Below are positions 8,771 through 18,921 of a stretch of DNA of 64,000 nucleotides, in pieces; within the stretch, counting starts at the first letter, position 1; the number at the start of each line of letters is the position of its first letter. A program made the position numbers and the translations under genes. The stretch is taken from NCBI GenBank assembly GCA_043826435.1, contig JBDRQF010000037.1:32001-96000 (forward strand). The letters run 5' to 3'. The DNA is from Elusimicrobiota bacterium. Lineage in GTDB: Bacteria; Elusimicrobiota; Endomicrobiia; CG1-02-37-114; JAHJSO01. The notes below the pieces were generated by a model that searched no databases, was not told the origin of the DNA, and saw only the letters and a program-made list of their open reading frames with translations.

Positions 8771-9466
8771 ATGTCATTCAACATTGAAGGTCTTGAATCA
8801 AAATCACCGCAGGAAGTCATGAAATGGGCGCTGGAAACGTTTAAAGACAGGGTAGCACTGGCTTCAAGTTTTGGCGCGGAGGACGTTGTCCTTATAGATA
8901 TGCTTGTGAAAATTTCTCCTTCTGCCCGGATTTTTACACTGGATACGGGCCGTCTCCCGCAGGAGACCTATGACCTTATGGACAAGATAAGGGAGAAATA
9001 CAAAATCAACATTGAGGCGTATTACCCGGACACGCGGACGGTTGAGGGAGTGGTAAAGGAACACGGTTTTAATCTCTTTTACAAGAGTGTACAATTGAGA
9101 CAACTTTGCTGTAAGGTCAGGAAGATTGACCCGCTTACAAGGGCGATGAAGGATTTAGATGCATGGATTTGCGGGTTGAGACGTCAGCAGGCCGTTACCC
9201 GGACGGAAATTAAAAAGGTTGAGATTGACGCCGCCCACAATTCAATATTGAAAATAAACCCGCTTGCGGACTGGACTGAGACGGACGTGTGGGATTACAT
9301 AAAGAAAAACAAGGTGCCGTTCAACGCCCTGCACGATAAAAATTACCCGAGTATCGGATGCGCCCCCTGCACGAGGGCGGTTAAGCCGGGCGAGGATGTC
9401 AGGGCGGGCAGGTGGTGGTGGGAAACGCCCGAGCAGAAAGAATGCGGGCTTCACAAAGGTGGATAG
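8771..9466 (+). CDS. cysH: APS/PAPS reductase; Fe-S cysteines suggest APS-type
   Basis: SSFGAED, LDTGRL, CCKVRK, YPSIGCAPCT, RAGRWWWE, KECGLH; AGGAG RBS before ATG 8771. Confidence 0.95.
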   Translation: MSFNIEGLESKSPQEVMKWALETFKDRVALASSFGAEDVVLIDMLVKISPSARIFTLDTGRLPQETYDLMDKIREKYKINIEAYYPDTRTVEGVVKEHGFNLFYKSVQLRQLCCKVRKIDPLTRAMKDLDAWICGLRRQQAVTRTEIKKVEIDAAHNSILKINPLADWTETDVWDYIKKNKVPFNALHDKNYPSIGCAPCTRAVKPGEDVRAGRWWWETPEQKECGLHKGG

Positions 9467-9521
9467 GACGATGCCCTTATCAGAAATGAGAATGCGAGTT
9501 TACCGGAGGTAGGGTACACAA

Positions 9522-10724
9522 ATGATTGAACCACATGGCGGAATACTGGTTAACCGCATCATTGAAGGCGAAGAGAAAAAGGTGCTACTCGGCAGGGCGG
9601 AGCGGATGAAAAAGATTCATCTTACTCCGAGGGAGATATCCGACCTTGAGATGATTGCCATCGGAGGGTTCAGTCCCCTTGATGGTTTTATGAAAAAGGA
9701 CGACTATCTTGGAGTACTGGAAAACATGCGTCTGGTTTCAGGTCTGCCGTGGACAATCCCGGTTACGTTGTCGGTAACTGCGGAGGAGGCATCCCGGCTG
9801 AAAGAGGGGGAGGATGTCGCTCTTTGCGAACAGGAAGACGGCCGCCAGGATGGGGCTGCCGGACAAGGGATACTTGCAGTTCTTCATATTGAAGAAAAAT
9901 ATAAATATAACAAAAAGACAGAAGCGGCGTCCGTTTACGGCACCGAAGACGAATCCCACCCGGGTGTGGCGGCCCTTTACGACCAGGGTGAAATTTTACT
10001 CGGCGGCAGGGTTGACTTAGTGAGACGTCCCGGTCATACGAGGTTTGTCAATTACAGGATAGACCCGGCTGTGACAAGGAAGATTTTTCAGGAACGCGGG
10101 TGGAAGAAGGTCGTCGGTTTCCAGACAAGAAACCCGGTCCACCGGGCGCATGAATACATACTGAAATGCGCCCTTGAGGTCGTTGACGGGTTACTGCTTC
10201 ATCCCATCGTCGGGGAGACCAAGAAAGACGACATCCCCGCGGATGTCAGAATGAAGTGCTACAAGGTCCTGCTGGAAAAATACTATCCTGCGGATAAGGT
10301 CTTGCTTGCCGTGAACCCGGCTGCGATGAGATATGCGGGGCCCAGGGAGGCGATCTTCCATGCCATCGTCAGGAAGAATTACGGATGCACACATTTTATC
10401 GTCGGCAGGGACCATGCAGGCGTCGGCAATTATTACGGCCCATTTGACGCCCAGATGATTTTTAACGAATTCAGCAGGGAAGAAATGGGTATAACCCCGC
10501 TGTGTTTCGGTAATGCTTTCTATTGCAGGAAGTGCCAGGGGATGGCGTCCGAAAAGACATGTCCCCATCCAGGCGCCGACCATTTTTCATTGAGTGGGAC
10601 AAAGGTCCGGGAGTTGTTAAAAGCAGGGGAAATCCCGCCTGTTGAGTTCACGCGGCCGGAGATAGCGGACGTGCTGATTGAGTGGTGGAGGGGTGCCACG
10701 GCGGCGGCGCCGCCAAGACGGTGA
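9522..10724 (+). CDS. sat: Sulfate adenylyltransferase
   Basis: [53 protein letters not shown]. Confidence 0.96.
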   Translation: MIEPHGGILVNRIIEGEEKKVLLGRAERMKKIHLTPREISDLEMIAIGGFSPLDGFMKKDDYLGVLENMRLVSGLPWTIPVTLSVTAEEASRLKEGEDVALCEQEDGRQDGAAGQGILAVLHIEEKYKYNKKTEAASVYGTEDESHPGVAALYDQGEILLGGRVDLVRRPGHTRFVNYRIDPAVTRKIFQERGWKKVVGFQTRNPVHRAHEYILKCALEVVDGLLLHPIVGETKKDDIPADVRMKCYKVLLEKYYPADKVLLAVNPAAMRYAGPREAIFHAIVRKNYGCTHFIVGRDHAGVGNYYGPFDAQMIFNEFSREEMGITPLCFGNAFYCRKCQGMASEKTCPHPGADHFSLSGTKVRELLKAGEIPPVEFTRPEIADVLIEWWRGATAAAPPRR

Positions 10725-10742
10725 GGAGGCAGGACTGCTGAT

Positions 10743-11729
10743 ATGCCGGAAATAATTTTGTTGACGGGCGTTGCGGTGTTTTTGGCTTTCAATATGGGAG
10801 CAAGCGGTATTGCACCGTCCTTCTGTTCAATTTACGGGGCGAAGTTCATAACCCGGGGGAGAATGTTCTTGTTGTTCGGTCTATTCGTTATACTGGGCGC
10901 GGCCGTCGGCGGGCACAAGGTTGTTAAGACGATAAGCGGTGGGATAATCCCGGCAAGACACGTTACAATGCGGGTAGCCATTGTAATACTGACTTCTGCG
11001 ACCGTTTCACTCTTTATGGCGAACGTATTAAAGGTTCCGCAGTCAACAAGCCAGGTGACCGTGTTTTCACTGGTGGCAGCGGGGATGTATTTCGGCGGTT
11101 TGAATCTTAAAAAATTTTATGTCCTGATACCGGCGTGGATTATTTTACCCGCGCTGTCTTATTTTTTGTCTTTGTACCTGCACAAATTCATTTATCCGCC
11201 GAGGAAAGAAAATTTCAGGTTGTACGAAAGGATTTTTATGCAGGAGAATAACCTGAAACGCATTACCGTCCTGATGAGTTGTTACGTGGCGTTTGCAATC
11301 GGCACCAACAATGTGGCGAACGTAGTGGGGCCTTTGACTGCCGCAAACGTGTTCAGCAGCCGGATGGTTGGGATGATGGCCATTGCCCCTCTTTTCGGCA
11401 TAGGGGCTTTGTTGTTCGGCAGGGGGAACCTGTCTGCATTCGGCTGCGATATAATCCCGCTGGGCATAGCCACCTCAACGATTGCGGGTTTTGTCACGGC
11501 GACACTGTTGATAGGAGCGTCACTGGCGGGCATACCGCAGTCGCTCGTTCAGTTAAACGCTGCATCCATTTTTGCCGTCTCACACGTTAAGGACGGTTTC
11601 GGCGCCACTGCATCAAATAGCACTACCAGGAGGGCGTTTTTTATATGGCTTATTACTCCCGTCCTGTCGTTTGTCATAACGTTTGTCCTTTTACACACTT
11701 GCGGCGTAGTGGGGATAAACTTCAAGTGA
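10743..11729 (+). CDS. cysP: PiT-family anion permease, probably CysP-like sulfate transporter
   Basis: AFNMGAS and AFAIGTNNVAN signatures, VPQSTSQ/IPQSLVQ repeats; adjacent to cysH-sat. Confidence 0.75.
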   Translation: MPEIILLTGVAVFLAFNMGASGIAPSFCSIYGAKFITRGRMFLLFGLFVILGAAVGGHKVVKTISGGIIPARHVTMRVAIVILTSATVSLFMANVLKVPQSTSQVTVFSLVAAGMYFGGLNLKKFYVLIPAWIILPALSYFLSLYLHKFIYPPRKENFRLYERIFMQENNLKRITVLMSCYVAFAIGTNNVANVVGPLTAANVFSSRMVGMMAIAPLFGIGALLFGRGNLSAFGCDIIPLGIATSTIAGFVTATLLIGASLAGIPQSLVQLNAASIFAVSHVKDGFGATASNSTTRRAFFIWLITPVLSFVITFVLLHTCGVVGINFK

Positions 11730-11740
11730 GACGTAAATAC

Positions 11741-11770
11741 CCCGACCCACGCAGTGTGCGGGTGCCACGA
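11741..11770. repeat. Small palindromic repeat, family A (intergenic copy)
   Basis: CCCGACCC-ACGCAGTGTG-CGGGTGCCACGA; flanks shared with the copy at 50129-50195. Confidence 0.6.
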
Positions 11771-11804
11771 TATTTAGCACGCGGAGGCAGGGACGTATGA
11801 ATAT

Positions 11805-12224
11805 ATGAATAACGTTGCACTTAGAATAGGCGGGAAAATTTATCAGGATATAGTCGGGCAATGCAGGGAACAATACCCAGGTGAGGCATGCGGGATACTT
11901 GCGGGTAAGAATGGACTGGCGCAGAAGTTATTCAGAATGGACAATGTTTCGGAGAATCCCCGGATATGTTATTTTATGGAACCGAAGCAGCAACTTGAAG
12001 TTTTCAAGGAAATCAGGCAATTGAATCTGGATATGATCGCGATATATCATTCGCACATAGGCGCCCCCGCTTACCCCTCAAAAAGGGACGTTGATATGGC
12101 TTTTTATCCCGAGACACTTTATCTGATAATCTCGCTTGACGACAAAAGGGTTACGGAAAGCAGGGTATTCTCAATAAGAGACGGCAGTATTAAAGAAGAG
12201 GAGATGGTTGTGGAAGGGAACTGA
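11805..12224 (+). CDS. JAB/MPN+ (M67, Mec/HcyD-like) metallopeptidase
   Basis: YPGEACGIL and IYHSHIGAPAYPSKRD (E...HxH-x7-S-x2-D JAMM motif). Confidence 0.93.
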   Translation: MNNVALRIGGKIYQDIVGQCREQYPGEACGILAGKNGLAQKLFRMDNVSENPRICYFMEPKQQLEVFKEIRQLNLDMIAIYHSHIGAPAYPSKRDVDMAFYPETLYLIISLDDKRVTESRVFSIRDGSIKEEEMVVEGN

Positions 12225-12242
12225 TAGCAGGGTAAAATACAG

Positions 12243-12929
12243 ATGATAAGAATAGGGGCAAGGCCGAGCCCTCTTGCAGCCAGGCAGGTACGGGAGGTTA
12301 TGAAATTGTTGACTGAAAAACGTCCGGATTTGATTGACAAATTTGAGATAAAAACATATAATACTATGGGTGATAGAGACAAAACCACACCGGTGTCCTC
12401 GGTTGAAGGAACCGACTTTTTTACCGACACCATTGAAACGGCGCTCTCGGGCGGGGAAATAGACGTAGCAGTCCACAGCGCGAAAGACCTGCCCGACGTT
12501 ATACCCGGAGGGTTGCAGGTTATTGCCGTGACCGAATCAATAGACAGGCATGATGCCCTTGTGTCAAAACGCGGGTGGACGCTTGATACTCTTCCGGAGA
12601 GGGCGAGAATAGGAACCAGCAGTAACAGGCGCAGGGAACAACTGAAAAAATTCAGGGATGATTTTGAGATTGTAGGTATCCGCGGAAACATAGGGGAGCG
12701 TCTTATGTTGCTGGAAGAAGGTTCGCAAAATCTGGATGCCGTGGTGGTTGCTTTTGCGGCGATGCTCCGTCTCGGGCTTGAGAATAAAATATCACAGATA
12801 ATACCTTTTGAAATTATAACCCCGCATCCTTTGCAGGGGTCGCTTGCAGTAGAATCACGCAGTGATAATAAAGAAATGATTGCTCTTTTTTCTAAATTAG
12901 ACACAAGAAAAGGGATTTTGCGTATGTGA
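12243..12929 (+). CDS. hemC: Hydroxymethylbilane synthase, short form lacking domain 3
   Basis: [42 protein letters not shown]; ends before the cofactor Cys loop. Confidence 0.85.
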   Translation: MIRIGARPSPLAARQVREVMKLLTEKRPDLIDKFEIKTYNTMGDRDKTTPVSSVEGTDFFTDTIETALSGGEIDVAVHSAKDLPDVIPGGLQVIAVTESIDRHDALVSKRGWTLDTLPERARIGTSSNRRREQLKKFRDDFEIVGIRGNIGERLMLLEEGSQNLDAVVVAFAAMLRLGLENKISQIIPFEIITPHPLQGSLAVESRSDNKEMIALFSKLDTRKGILRM

Positions 12930-13002
12930 AGAAGGGCGTCCTTGCTTCGCTCGTCCGCCCGTTCGTAGGTTGCGTGGTAATTTACCATGTTCTGAGGTGT
13001 AT

Positions 13003-13749
13003 ATGAATCCTGAAGCGTTTACGAAGATTAATTACGGGATGTATGTTGTGAGTTCAAAAAAGGAAGAACCCGGGCAGCCGGCCAGATTCAACGGGCAGGT
13101 TGCAAATACCGTTTTTCAGGTGACGGCGGAACCGCCTGCCATGGCGGTTTGCATCAACAAGAAAAATCTGACACACGAGTATATCAGGAGCAGCAGGGTT
13201 TTTTCCGTCTCCATACTTGACAAGGAAACGCCGTTAAAATTTATCGGACAGTTCGGGTTCAAGTCGGGACGCGAGATTGATAAATTCAGGGACATAAATT
13301 TTAAGACAGGTATAACGGGGGCGCCGGTGGTGCTGGAAAATTCAATCGGGTATCTGGAACTGGAACTGATAGACAGCATAGATGTGGGCACCCATACTAT
13401 ATTCTTCGGCAAAACGGTTGCAGCGGAAATTATCAAAGAAGGGGAGCCGATGACCTATACCTGCTATCACGATATTAAAAATGGCAAAACCCCACAGACG
13501 GCGCCGACATACATTCGCAGGGGGTCCGAAGCGCAGGTATCAAAGTCGCAGGTGTCCAAAAAAACAACAGACAAGGAGGAGAGAATGGACAAGTACAAAT
13601 GCAAGGTTTGCGGGTACATCTATGAGCCGGAAAAAGGCGACCCTGAGGCGGGCATAAAATCTGGCACGTCGTTTGACGATTTGCCTGACGATTGGGTGTG
13701 TCCTGTTTGCGGGGTCGGTAAAGACGAGTTTGAAAAGGCTTCTGAATGA
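13003..13749 (+). CDS. hrb: High-molecular-weight rubredoxin (flavin reductase domain plus C-terminal rubredoxin)
   Basis: YGMYVVSS...NGQVANT...[12 protein letters not shown]...[15 protein letters not shown]...[19 protein letters not shown] before ATG 13003. Confidence 0.9.
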   Translation: MNPEAFTKINYGMYVVSSKKEEPGQPARFNGQVANTVFQVTAEPPAMAVCINKKNLTHEYIRSSRVFSVSILDKETPLKFIGQFGFKSGREIDKFRDINFKTGITGAPVVLENSIGYLELELIDSIDVGTHTIFFGKTVAAEIIKEGEPMTYTCYHDIKNGKTPQTAPTYIRRGSEAQVSKSQVSKKTTDKEERMDKYKCKVCGYIYEPEKGDPEAGIKSGTSFDDLPDDWVCPVCGVGKDEFEKASE

Positions 13750-13774
13750 AAGGCGTGACAGTTAGGAGGTAAAA

Positions 13775-13996
13775 ATGAAAGAGAAAATAGAAGCAGCTCT
13801 CGCAAAGATAAGGCCGTCACTGAAAGCGGACGGCGGAGACGTTGAGCTTGTTGAAGTAACTTCTGACGGTATCGTAAAGGTTAAACTCACCGGCGCTTGC
13901 GGGTGCTGCCCTATGAGCCAGATGACCCTCAAGATGGGTATAGAGCGGCTTATAAAACAGGAAGTGCCCGAAGTAAAAGAGGTTGTAGCGGTTTAG
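13775..13996 (+). CDS. nfuA: Nfu (NifU C-terminal domain) Fe-S carrier
   Basis: IRPSLKADGGDVELV...LTGACGCCPMSQMTLKMGIE. Confidence 0.92.
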   Translation: MKEKIEAALAKIRPSLKADGGDVELVEVTSDGIVKVKLTGACGCCPMSQMTLKMGIERLIKQEVPEVKEVVAV

Positions 13997-14015
13997 TGAG
14001 GTGCGGGGAGGTGTT

Positions 14016-15230
14016 ATGTCCAAAAAAGAGATATTGCCCGGTATTTACTGGGTTGGAGCGATTGACTGGAACGTGCGGAATTTCCATGGCCACACCTACA
14101 CGACTAAACGAGGCACGACGTACAACGCCTATTTAATCGTGGACGAAAAGGTTGCCCTGGTTGACACCGTCCTTCATTCCTTTTCGGATGAAATGATTGA
14201 CAGGATAAAACAGGTTATTCCGCCGGAAAAGATTGACTACATCATTGCAAACCATGTTGAGAAAGACCACTCCGGCGCCCTGCCTGAAATAATCAAGTAC
14301 TGCCCTAAGGCAAAGGTTGTGGGCACTGCAAAGTGCAAAGACGGCTTGTACAAAAATTATTGCGGTGGGGCACCCGTCAGGTGGACGGGTCAGGATTTCC
14401 GGACGGTTAAGACGGGGGATAAAATTTCGTTAGGTAAGAGGACTCTTTCCTTCATTGAGGCGCCGATGCTACACTGGCCTGACAGCATGTTTACCTATAT
14501 CCCCGAAGACGCGCTGCTGATACCGAACGATGCATTCGGCCAGCACTATGCGTCAGGCGAGAGGTTTGACGACGAGGTGGACGAGTGCGGCCTTATGGAT
14601 GAGGCGGCAAAGTATTATGCGAACATCCTCTGGCCGCTGAGTTCAATAGTGCTGAAAAAGATTGAGGACGTCCAGAAGATAAATCTTCCGATAAAGATAA
14701 TAGCCCCGAGCCACGGCATTATATGGCGGCGGGACCCGATGAAGATTGTAAACGCATACGCCGGGTGGGCTAAGAATGAAACAAAACCGAAAGCCGTTAT
14801 CGTATATGAGACGATGTGGGGCGCCACGGAGAAGATGGCGCGGAAGATATCTGAGGGTATGACGGATGCCGGCGTTTCGGTTAAACTGTATGATGTGTCC
14901 CAGTCCGATAGGACGGAAATAATCGGCGAGATGCTGGACAGCAGGGGTTTTGTCCTCGGTTCGTCAACCCATGGTAACGGTATGTTGCCGTCAATCTATG
15001 GTTTTCTGGAATTCCTGAAAGGACTCAAACCGAAAAACAGGACTGGCTTTGCGTTCGGTTCTTACGGTTGGGCGGGCGGGGCGGTACGGAATATTGAAAA
15101 CATCCTGAGGGAAGCGGGTGTTGAAATCGACGGTACCGGGTTGTCAGTCAGGTATGCCCCGGACGAAAATGAAATTAAAGGTTGTTACGAGGCGGGGAGG
15201 ACTTTTGCAGAAAAATGCAAGCATATTTAG
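14016..15230 (+). CDS. fprA: Flavodiiron protein (A-type flavoprotein)
   Basis: GTTYNAYLI, NHVEKDHSG, HWPDSM, NDAFGQH, PSHG, flavodoxin ETMWGATE and FGSYGW. Confidence 0.95.
   Translation: MSKKEILPGIYWVGAIDWNVRNFHGHTYTTKRGTTYNAYLIVDEKVALVDTVLHSFSDEMIDRIKQVIPPEKIDYIIANHVEKDHSGALPEIIKYCPKAKVVGTAKCKDGLYKNYCGGAPVRWTGQDFRTVKTGDKISLGKRTLSFIEAPMLHWPDSMFTYIPEDALLIPNDAFGQHYASGERFDDEVDECGLMDEAAKYYANILWPLSSIVLKKIEDVQKINLPIKIIAPSHGIIWRRDPMKIVNAYAGWAKNETKPKAVIVYETMWGATEKMARKISEGMTDAGVSVKLYDVSQSDRTEIIGEMLDSRGFVLGSSTHGNGMLPSIYGFLEFLKGLKPKNRTGFAFGSYGWAGGAVRNIENILREAGVEIDGTGLSVRYAPDENEIKGCYEAGRTFAEKCKHI
14365..14398. repeat. Small palindromic repeat, family A, inside fprA
   Basis: GTGGGGCACCCGTCAGGTGGACGGGTCAGGATTT, near-identical to the reverse complement of 50129-50162. 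Confidence 0.65.
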
Positions 15231-16453
15231 ATAACCATTCCTGCACGAAGACCGACGAGCGCGTTTTTAAAGAAATGATGCCGTTTCTTACGGATAACTA
15301 CGGCAATGCCCAGAGCATGCATTCCCTGGGGGCGGCTTCAAAGGATGCGATAGAGCGGGCGCGCGGCCAGGTAGCTGGTTTGATAGGCGCTGGGGAGAAG
15401 GAGATATGCTTCACCGCGAGCGGTTCTGAATCAAACAACCTTGCAATCAAAGGCGTTGCAGAGGGATGCAAAGCCAAAGGCAGGCACATTGTTATATCGC
15501 CGGTTGAGCATTTTTCGGTGATGTATTCCGCAAAGCGCCTGTCGCAGGCGGGTTTTGAAGTAACATATGTCCCTGTTGATAAATACGGTATGGTTTCGCC
15601 CGACGATATCAAATCGGCAATAAGGCAGGATACCGTCCTTGTTTCAATTCAGCATGCAAACCCCGAAATAGGGACTGTCCAGCCCATTGAAGAGATTTCA
15701 AAAGTTCTGCGCGAAAGGAACATCCCGTTTCACACTGACGCGGTTGCAACAGCAGGGGTCCTGCCCGTTGATGTGGCTGTATTGGGGGTTGACCTGCTTA
15801 CCTTTTCCGCCTCTATGATTTACGGGCCGAAAGGCGTTGCCGCACTATACATCAGGAAAGGCGTTCGCATTGTCCCGCAGATTGACGGTGGCATTCAGGA
15901 AAACGGCAGGAGAGCCGGCACGGAAAACGTCCCCGCGATAGTGGGTTTTGGCGCTGCATGTGAAATTGCAAAACAGGAGATGGAAAAAAACAGGGACGCA
16001 ATGCTCGGGTTAAGAAACCGCACTATTGACGAACTCCCGAAAAGGATTGACCACATATATCTAAACGGACACCCTGAGAGGCGCCTGCCGGGCAACGTGA
16101 ACTTTTCGGTTGAATTTATAGAGGGGGAGGGGATGTTGCTTTACCTTGACCGGAAAGGGATTTATATAACAAGCGGTTCGGCATGCACGTCAAAGGCGCT
16201 TAAAATGTCACATGTCCTGTCAGCTATAAAACTTGACCCGGCGGTTGCGCAGGGCTCACTGCTTATGACACTGTCAAAATACAATACAGCGGAAGAGGTT
16301 GAATATCTTCTGGCTGAACTGCCGCCAATAGTCCGGAAACTGCGCGGGATTTCACCCCTGTATAATTATTTTCTGAAGTCAGGCAAAAGACATGTTGCAG
16401 GTCCTGGCACTGACTATGAACACCAGCATGAAGATGAGGTAACATCTGAATAA
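15215..16453 (+). CDS. nifS: Cysteine desulfurase (NifS/IscS)
   Basis: YLDNHSCT, YGNAQSMH, FTASGSESNN, HTDAV, RAGTENV, SGSACTS; the usual PLP-Lys motif reads SASMIYGPKG. Confidence 0.9.
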   Translation: MQAYLDNHSCTKTDERVFKEMMPFLTDNYGNAQSMHSLGAASKDAIERARGQVAGLIGAGEKEICFTASGSESNNLAIKGVAEGCKAKGRHIVISPVEHFSVMYSAKRLSQAGFEVTYVPVDKYGMVSPDDIKSAIRQDTVLVSIQHANPEIGTVQPIEEISKVLRERNIPFHTDAVATAGVLPVDVAVLGVDLLTFSASMIYGPKGVAALYIRKGVRIVPQIDGGIQENGRRAGTENVPAIVGFGAACEIAKQEMEKNRDAMLGLRNRTIDELPKRIDHIYLNGHPERRLPGNVNFSVEFIEGEGMLLYLDRKGIYITSGSACTSKALKMSHVLSAIKLDPAVAQGSLLMTLSKYNTAEEVEYLLAELPPIVRKLRGISPLYNYFLKSGKRHVAGPGTDYEHQHEDEVTSE

Positions 16454-16492
16454 AAAATAAAAACAGGGCCACATCGCCCAGGAGAAAATAAT

Positions 16493-16876
16493 ATGCCTTT
16501 CTATTCTGAAAAAGTAATGGACCACTTCCAGAACCCGAGGAACGTAGGTGAGATAAATAACCCGGACGGCACAGGTGAAGTCGGCAACCCCGTCTGCGGC
16601 GACTTGATGATTTTTTACATAAAGGTCCGCGACGGGCGGCTTGAAGACGTAAAATTCAAAACATTCGGTTGCGGCGCCGCGATAGCAGTTTCGTCAATGG
16701 TGTCCGAGATGGCGAAAGGCAGGACGCTGGACGAGGCGATGAAAATCACAAACGAACTTGTTGCAGTGGAATTGGGCGGGCTGCCGCCGAACAAGATGCA
16801 CTGCTCAAACCTCGGCGCCGATGCTCTTCATAAGGCGATTGAGGACTATAAAAAGAAAAGCGGGAGCGGGGCGTGA
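16493..16876 (+). CDS. nifU: Fe-S scaffold NifU/IscU
   Basis: YSEKVMDHFQNPRNVG, GNPVCGD, FKTFGCGAAIA, LPPNKMHCS. Confidence 0.95.
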   Translation: MPFYSEKVMDHFQNPRNVGEINNPDGTGEVGNPVCGDLMIFYIKVRDGRLEDVKFKTFGCGAAIAVSSMVSEMAKGRTLDEAMKITNELVAVELGGLPPNKMHCSNLGADALHKAIEDYKKKSGSGA

Positions 16877-16892
16877 GCGACAAGGAGACGAA

Positions 16893-17090
16893 ATGAATAC
16901 TGAAAAAACTAAATGCAAATGTCCGTTTTGCGAGCACGAATTGAAGATGAATTGTTTTGAGCCGGTATTCTGCCAGCCGTGTAAAATAAAATTCAGCGTG
17001 TGCGGGGAATGCGGCGGCCTGTTTAACGAAGAGTTAAATTCCTGTCCGAAATGCGGGGCGAAACGGTCGGTAAGCGGGGTCAGGTCTTGA
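16893..17090 (+). CDS. Small Cys-rich double zinc-ribbon-like protein
   Basis: AAGGAG RBS; CPFC, CQPC, CGEC, CPKC in 65 aa. Confidence 0.75.
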   Translation: MNTEKTKCKCPFCEHELKMNCFEPVFCQPCKIKFSVCGECGGLFNEELNSCPKCGAKRSVSGVRS

Positions 17091-17229
17091 CATTTGACAA
17101 ACAAGTCCTCCAGCGAAAAGCATAATTTCTGACGGACGCTTGCCCGGGAGTGAAAAAAATGAAGGAAAAGATGACATCTGTGAGTGGAGTAATTTATCAC
17201 GGGACAACCCGTTTTAAGGAAAAATTTAT

Positions 17230-17457
17230 ATGAAAATTAATAAGACACTTGACTGCGCGGGGCTTTTCTGCCCCATGCCGCTCGTAAAGACGAAACTTGA
17301 AATGGAGGATATGAGGCCGGGGCAGGTGATTGAGGTCACCGCGGATGACCCCGGATTTGAGAAAGATTTGCCTGCGTGGTGCAATATGGCAGGCGAGGAA
17401 TTTCTGGAAATAAAAAAAGAGGGGACAATCCTGAAAGGATATGTCAGAAAAAAATAA
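17230..17457 (+). CDS. tusA: TusA/SirA-family sulfur carrier
   Basis: LDCAGLFCPMPLVKT...ADDPG. Confidence 0.92.
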   Translation: MKINKTLDCAGLFCPMPLVKTKLEMEDMRPGQVIEVTADDPGFEKDLPAWCNMAGEEFLEIKKEGTILKGYVRKK

Positions 17458-17475
17458 TGACAGGAGGATGTAAAA

Positions 17476-17916
17476 ATGGATACCTATGTATGCGGAAGAT
17501 GCGGTTTTGTGGCGTTCGGGCAGGCGCCTGACATCTGCCCGGTGTGCGGCGCACCGAAGAGTGCATTTTCGCTTGACAATTCGGCAGTGAAGAAACCATC
17601 TGACCCGGAGAACCTGAGCGAACTTGAAAAGAAACACATACCCGTGGTAAACCTTGTTAAAAAATGCGGGCTGGTGGGCCCGGGGTGTGTGGATGCGAAC
17701 ATAAGGATAGGCGAAATCCTCCACCCGTCGGAAGCCAAGCACTTTATAACGTACATAGACGTTTACCTTGACAGAAAGTTCATCGCCCGCGTCCACCTTA
17801 CACCCGAGAATCTCAACCCGGCTGCAGGGATACACCTGAGAGCATCGTCGGGTAAACTACTGGCGATGGAGAATTGTAACCTTCACGGGAGATGGATGAC
17901 CGAGGTTACAATATAG
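17476..17916 (+). CDS. sor: Superoxide reductase with N-terminal rubredoxin-like domain
   Basis: CGRC...CPVC; EKKHIP, ILHP, KHFI, CNLHG. Confidence 0.88.
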   Translation: MDTYVCGRCGFVAFGQAPDICPVCGAPKSAFSLDNSAVKKPSDPENLSELEKKHIPVVNLVKKCGLVGPGCVDANIRIGEILHPSEAKHFITYIDVYLDRKFIARVHLTPENLNPAAGIHLRASSGKLLAMENCNLHGRWMTEVTI

Positions 17917-17999
17917 TAACAAGGGACGCGGTAATTTAACAAACGCAGAAACATCTCAAAAAACTTACCGGACTGCAGGAAGGTTTACGGGGGTGACAA

Positions 18000-18905
18000 A
18001 TGTATGATCTGATAATCGTCGGCGCAGGGCCGGCCGGCATAACCGCCAGCGTTTACGCCGCACGTAAGAGGATGAGTTTTGTAATTATAACCAGGGACGT
18101 GGGCGGACAGACATTGTTGAGCGCCGACATAGAGAATTATACGGGCTACCAGTTTATAACAGGCACAGAACTTGCGATGAAATTCAAACAGCACTTTGAA
18201 CAGTTCAAAGTTGAACTTAAAGAGGGGGAGTCCGTAGCCGGTTTGGAGAAAGAGGGAGACATTATAAAAATTAGGACGGAAGCAGGCGAAGAATATGCGT
18301 CAAAAACGGCGATTATATCCTCGGGCAGGATACCGAGGAAATTGGGCGCTAAAGGCGAAGCGGAATTTAAGAACAGGGGTGTTACCTATTGCGCTACCTG
18401 CGACGGTCCGCTTTTCAGCAATATGTCCGTGGCGGTTATCGGCGGGGGCAATTCCGCTCTTGATGCCGCGTTGCAACTGATGAAGATAGCAAGCAGTGTT
18501 TGCATTATTGATTCTGCCCCGCGTCTCGGGGCCGACCCGGTAATGGTTGAAAAAGCGTCGGGCAGCGATAAGGTTACCGTTTACACCGGTGCAACCGTCA
18601 GGGAAATTTACGGCGATAAGTTCGTTGAAGGCATAAGGTTCGGAACGGGCGGCGGTGAGAAAGACATACCCGTAAGGGGGGTGTTTATTGAAATCGGATC
18701 AGTACCTTCATCCGGGTTCGTAAAGGGTGTAACCAAAAACGAATCAGGTGAAATAACGGTGAACTGCAAATGCGAGACGAATGTCCGGGGCATTTTTGCA
18801 GCGGGGGACGTGACGGACGTGACTGCAAAACAGATTATTGTCGCCTGCGGCGAAGGGGCGAAGGCGTCAATTGCCGCTTTTGAATATTTGAGCAAAAATA
18901 AATAA
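18000..18905 (+). CDS. trxB: Thioredoxin reductase / AhpF-like FAD oxidoreductase
   Basis: GAGPAG, YCATCDG, GGGNSA, GIFAAGD. Confidence 0.92.
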   Translation: MYDLIIVGAGPAGITASVYAARKRMSFVIITRDVGGQTLLSADIENYTGYQFITGTELAMKFKQHFEQFKVELKEGESVAGLEKEGDIIKIRTEAGEEYASKTAIISSGRIPRKLGAKGEAEFKNRGVTYCATCDGPLFSNMSVAVIGGGNSALDAALQLMKIASSVCIIDSAPRLGADPVMVEKASGSDKVTVYTGATVREIYGDKFVEGIRFGTGGGEKDIPVRGVFIEIGSVPSSGFVKGVTKNESGEITVNCKCETNVRGIFAAGDVTDVTAKQIIVACGEGAKASIAAFEYLSKNK

Positions 18906-18921
18906 AATTTAAGGGAGCTGA

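Noticed and set aside
9522..10724. sat as a marker of dissimilatory sulfate reduction
   Set aside because: Context is assimilatory (cysH, cysK, permease); no aprAB or dsrAB in the window
12927..12968. TGA read-through (selenocysteine) that would extend hemC
   Set aside because: Read-through gives only [12 protein letters not shown] before a TAG, with no domain-3 similarity
12119..12988. 289-aa minus-strand ORF and the many other long antisense ORFs (e.g. 1321-1980, 17197-17835, 55524-56078)
   Set aside because: Shadow frames of well-supported genes on the opposite strand, without motifs
17087..17126. Tandem TTGACA followed by CATAAT as an internal promoter before tusA
   Set aside because: Spacing is 21 bp or more, outside the sigma70 range
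17159..17233. 24-aa ORF overlapping the tusA start
   Set aside because: No recognisable motif; cannot be distinguished from chance
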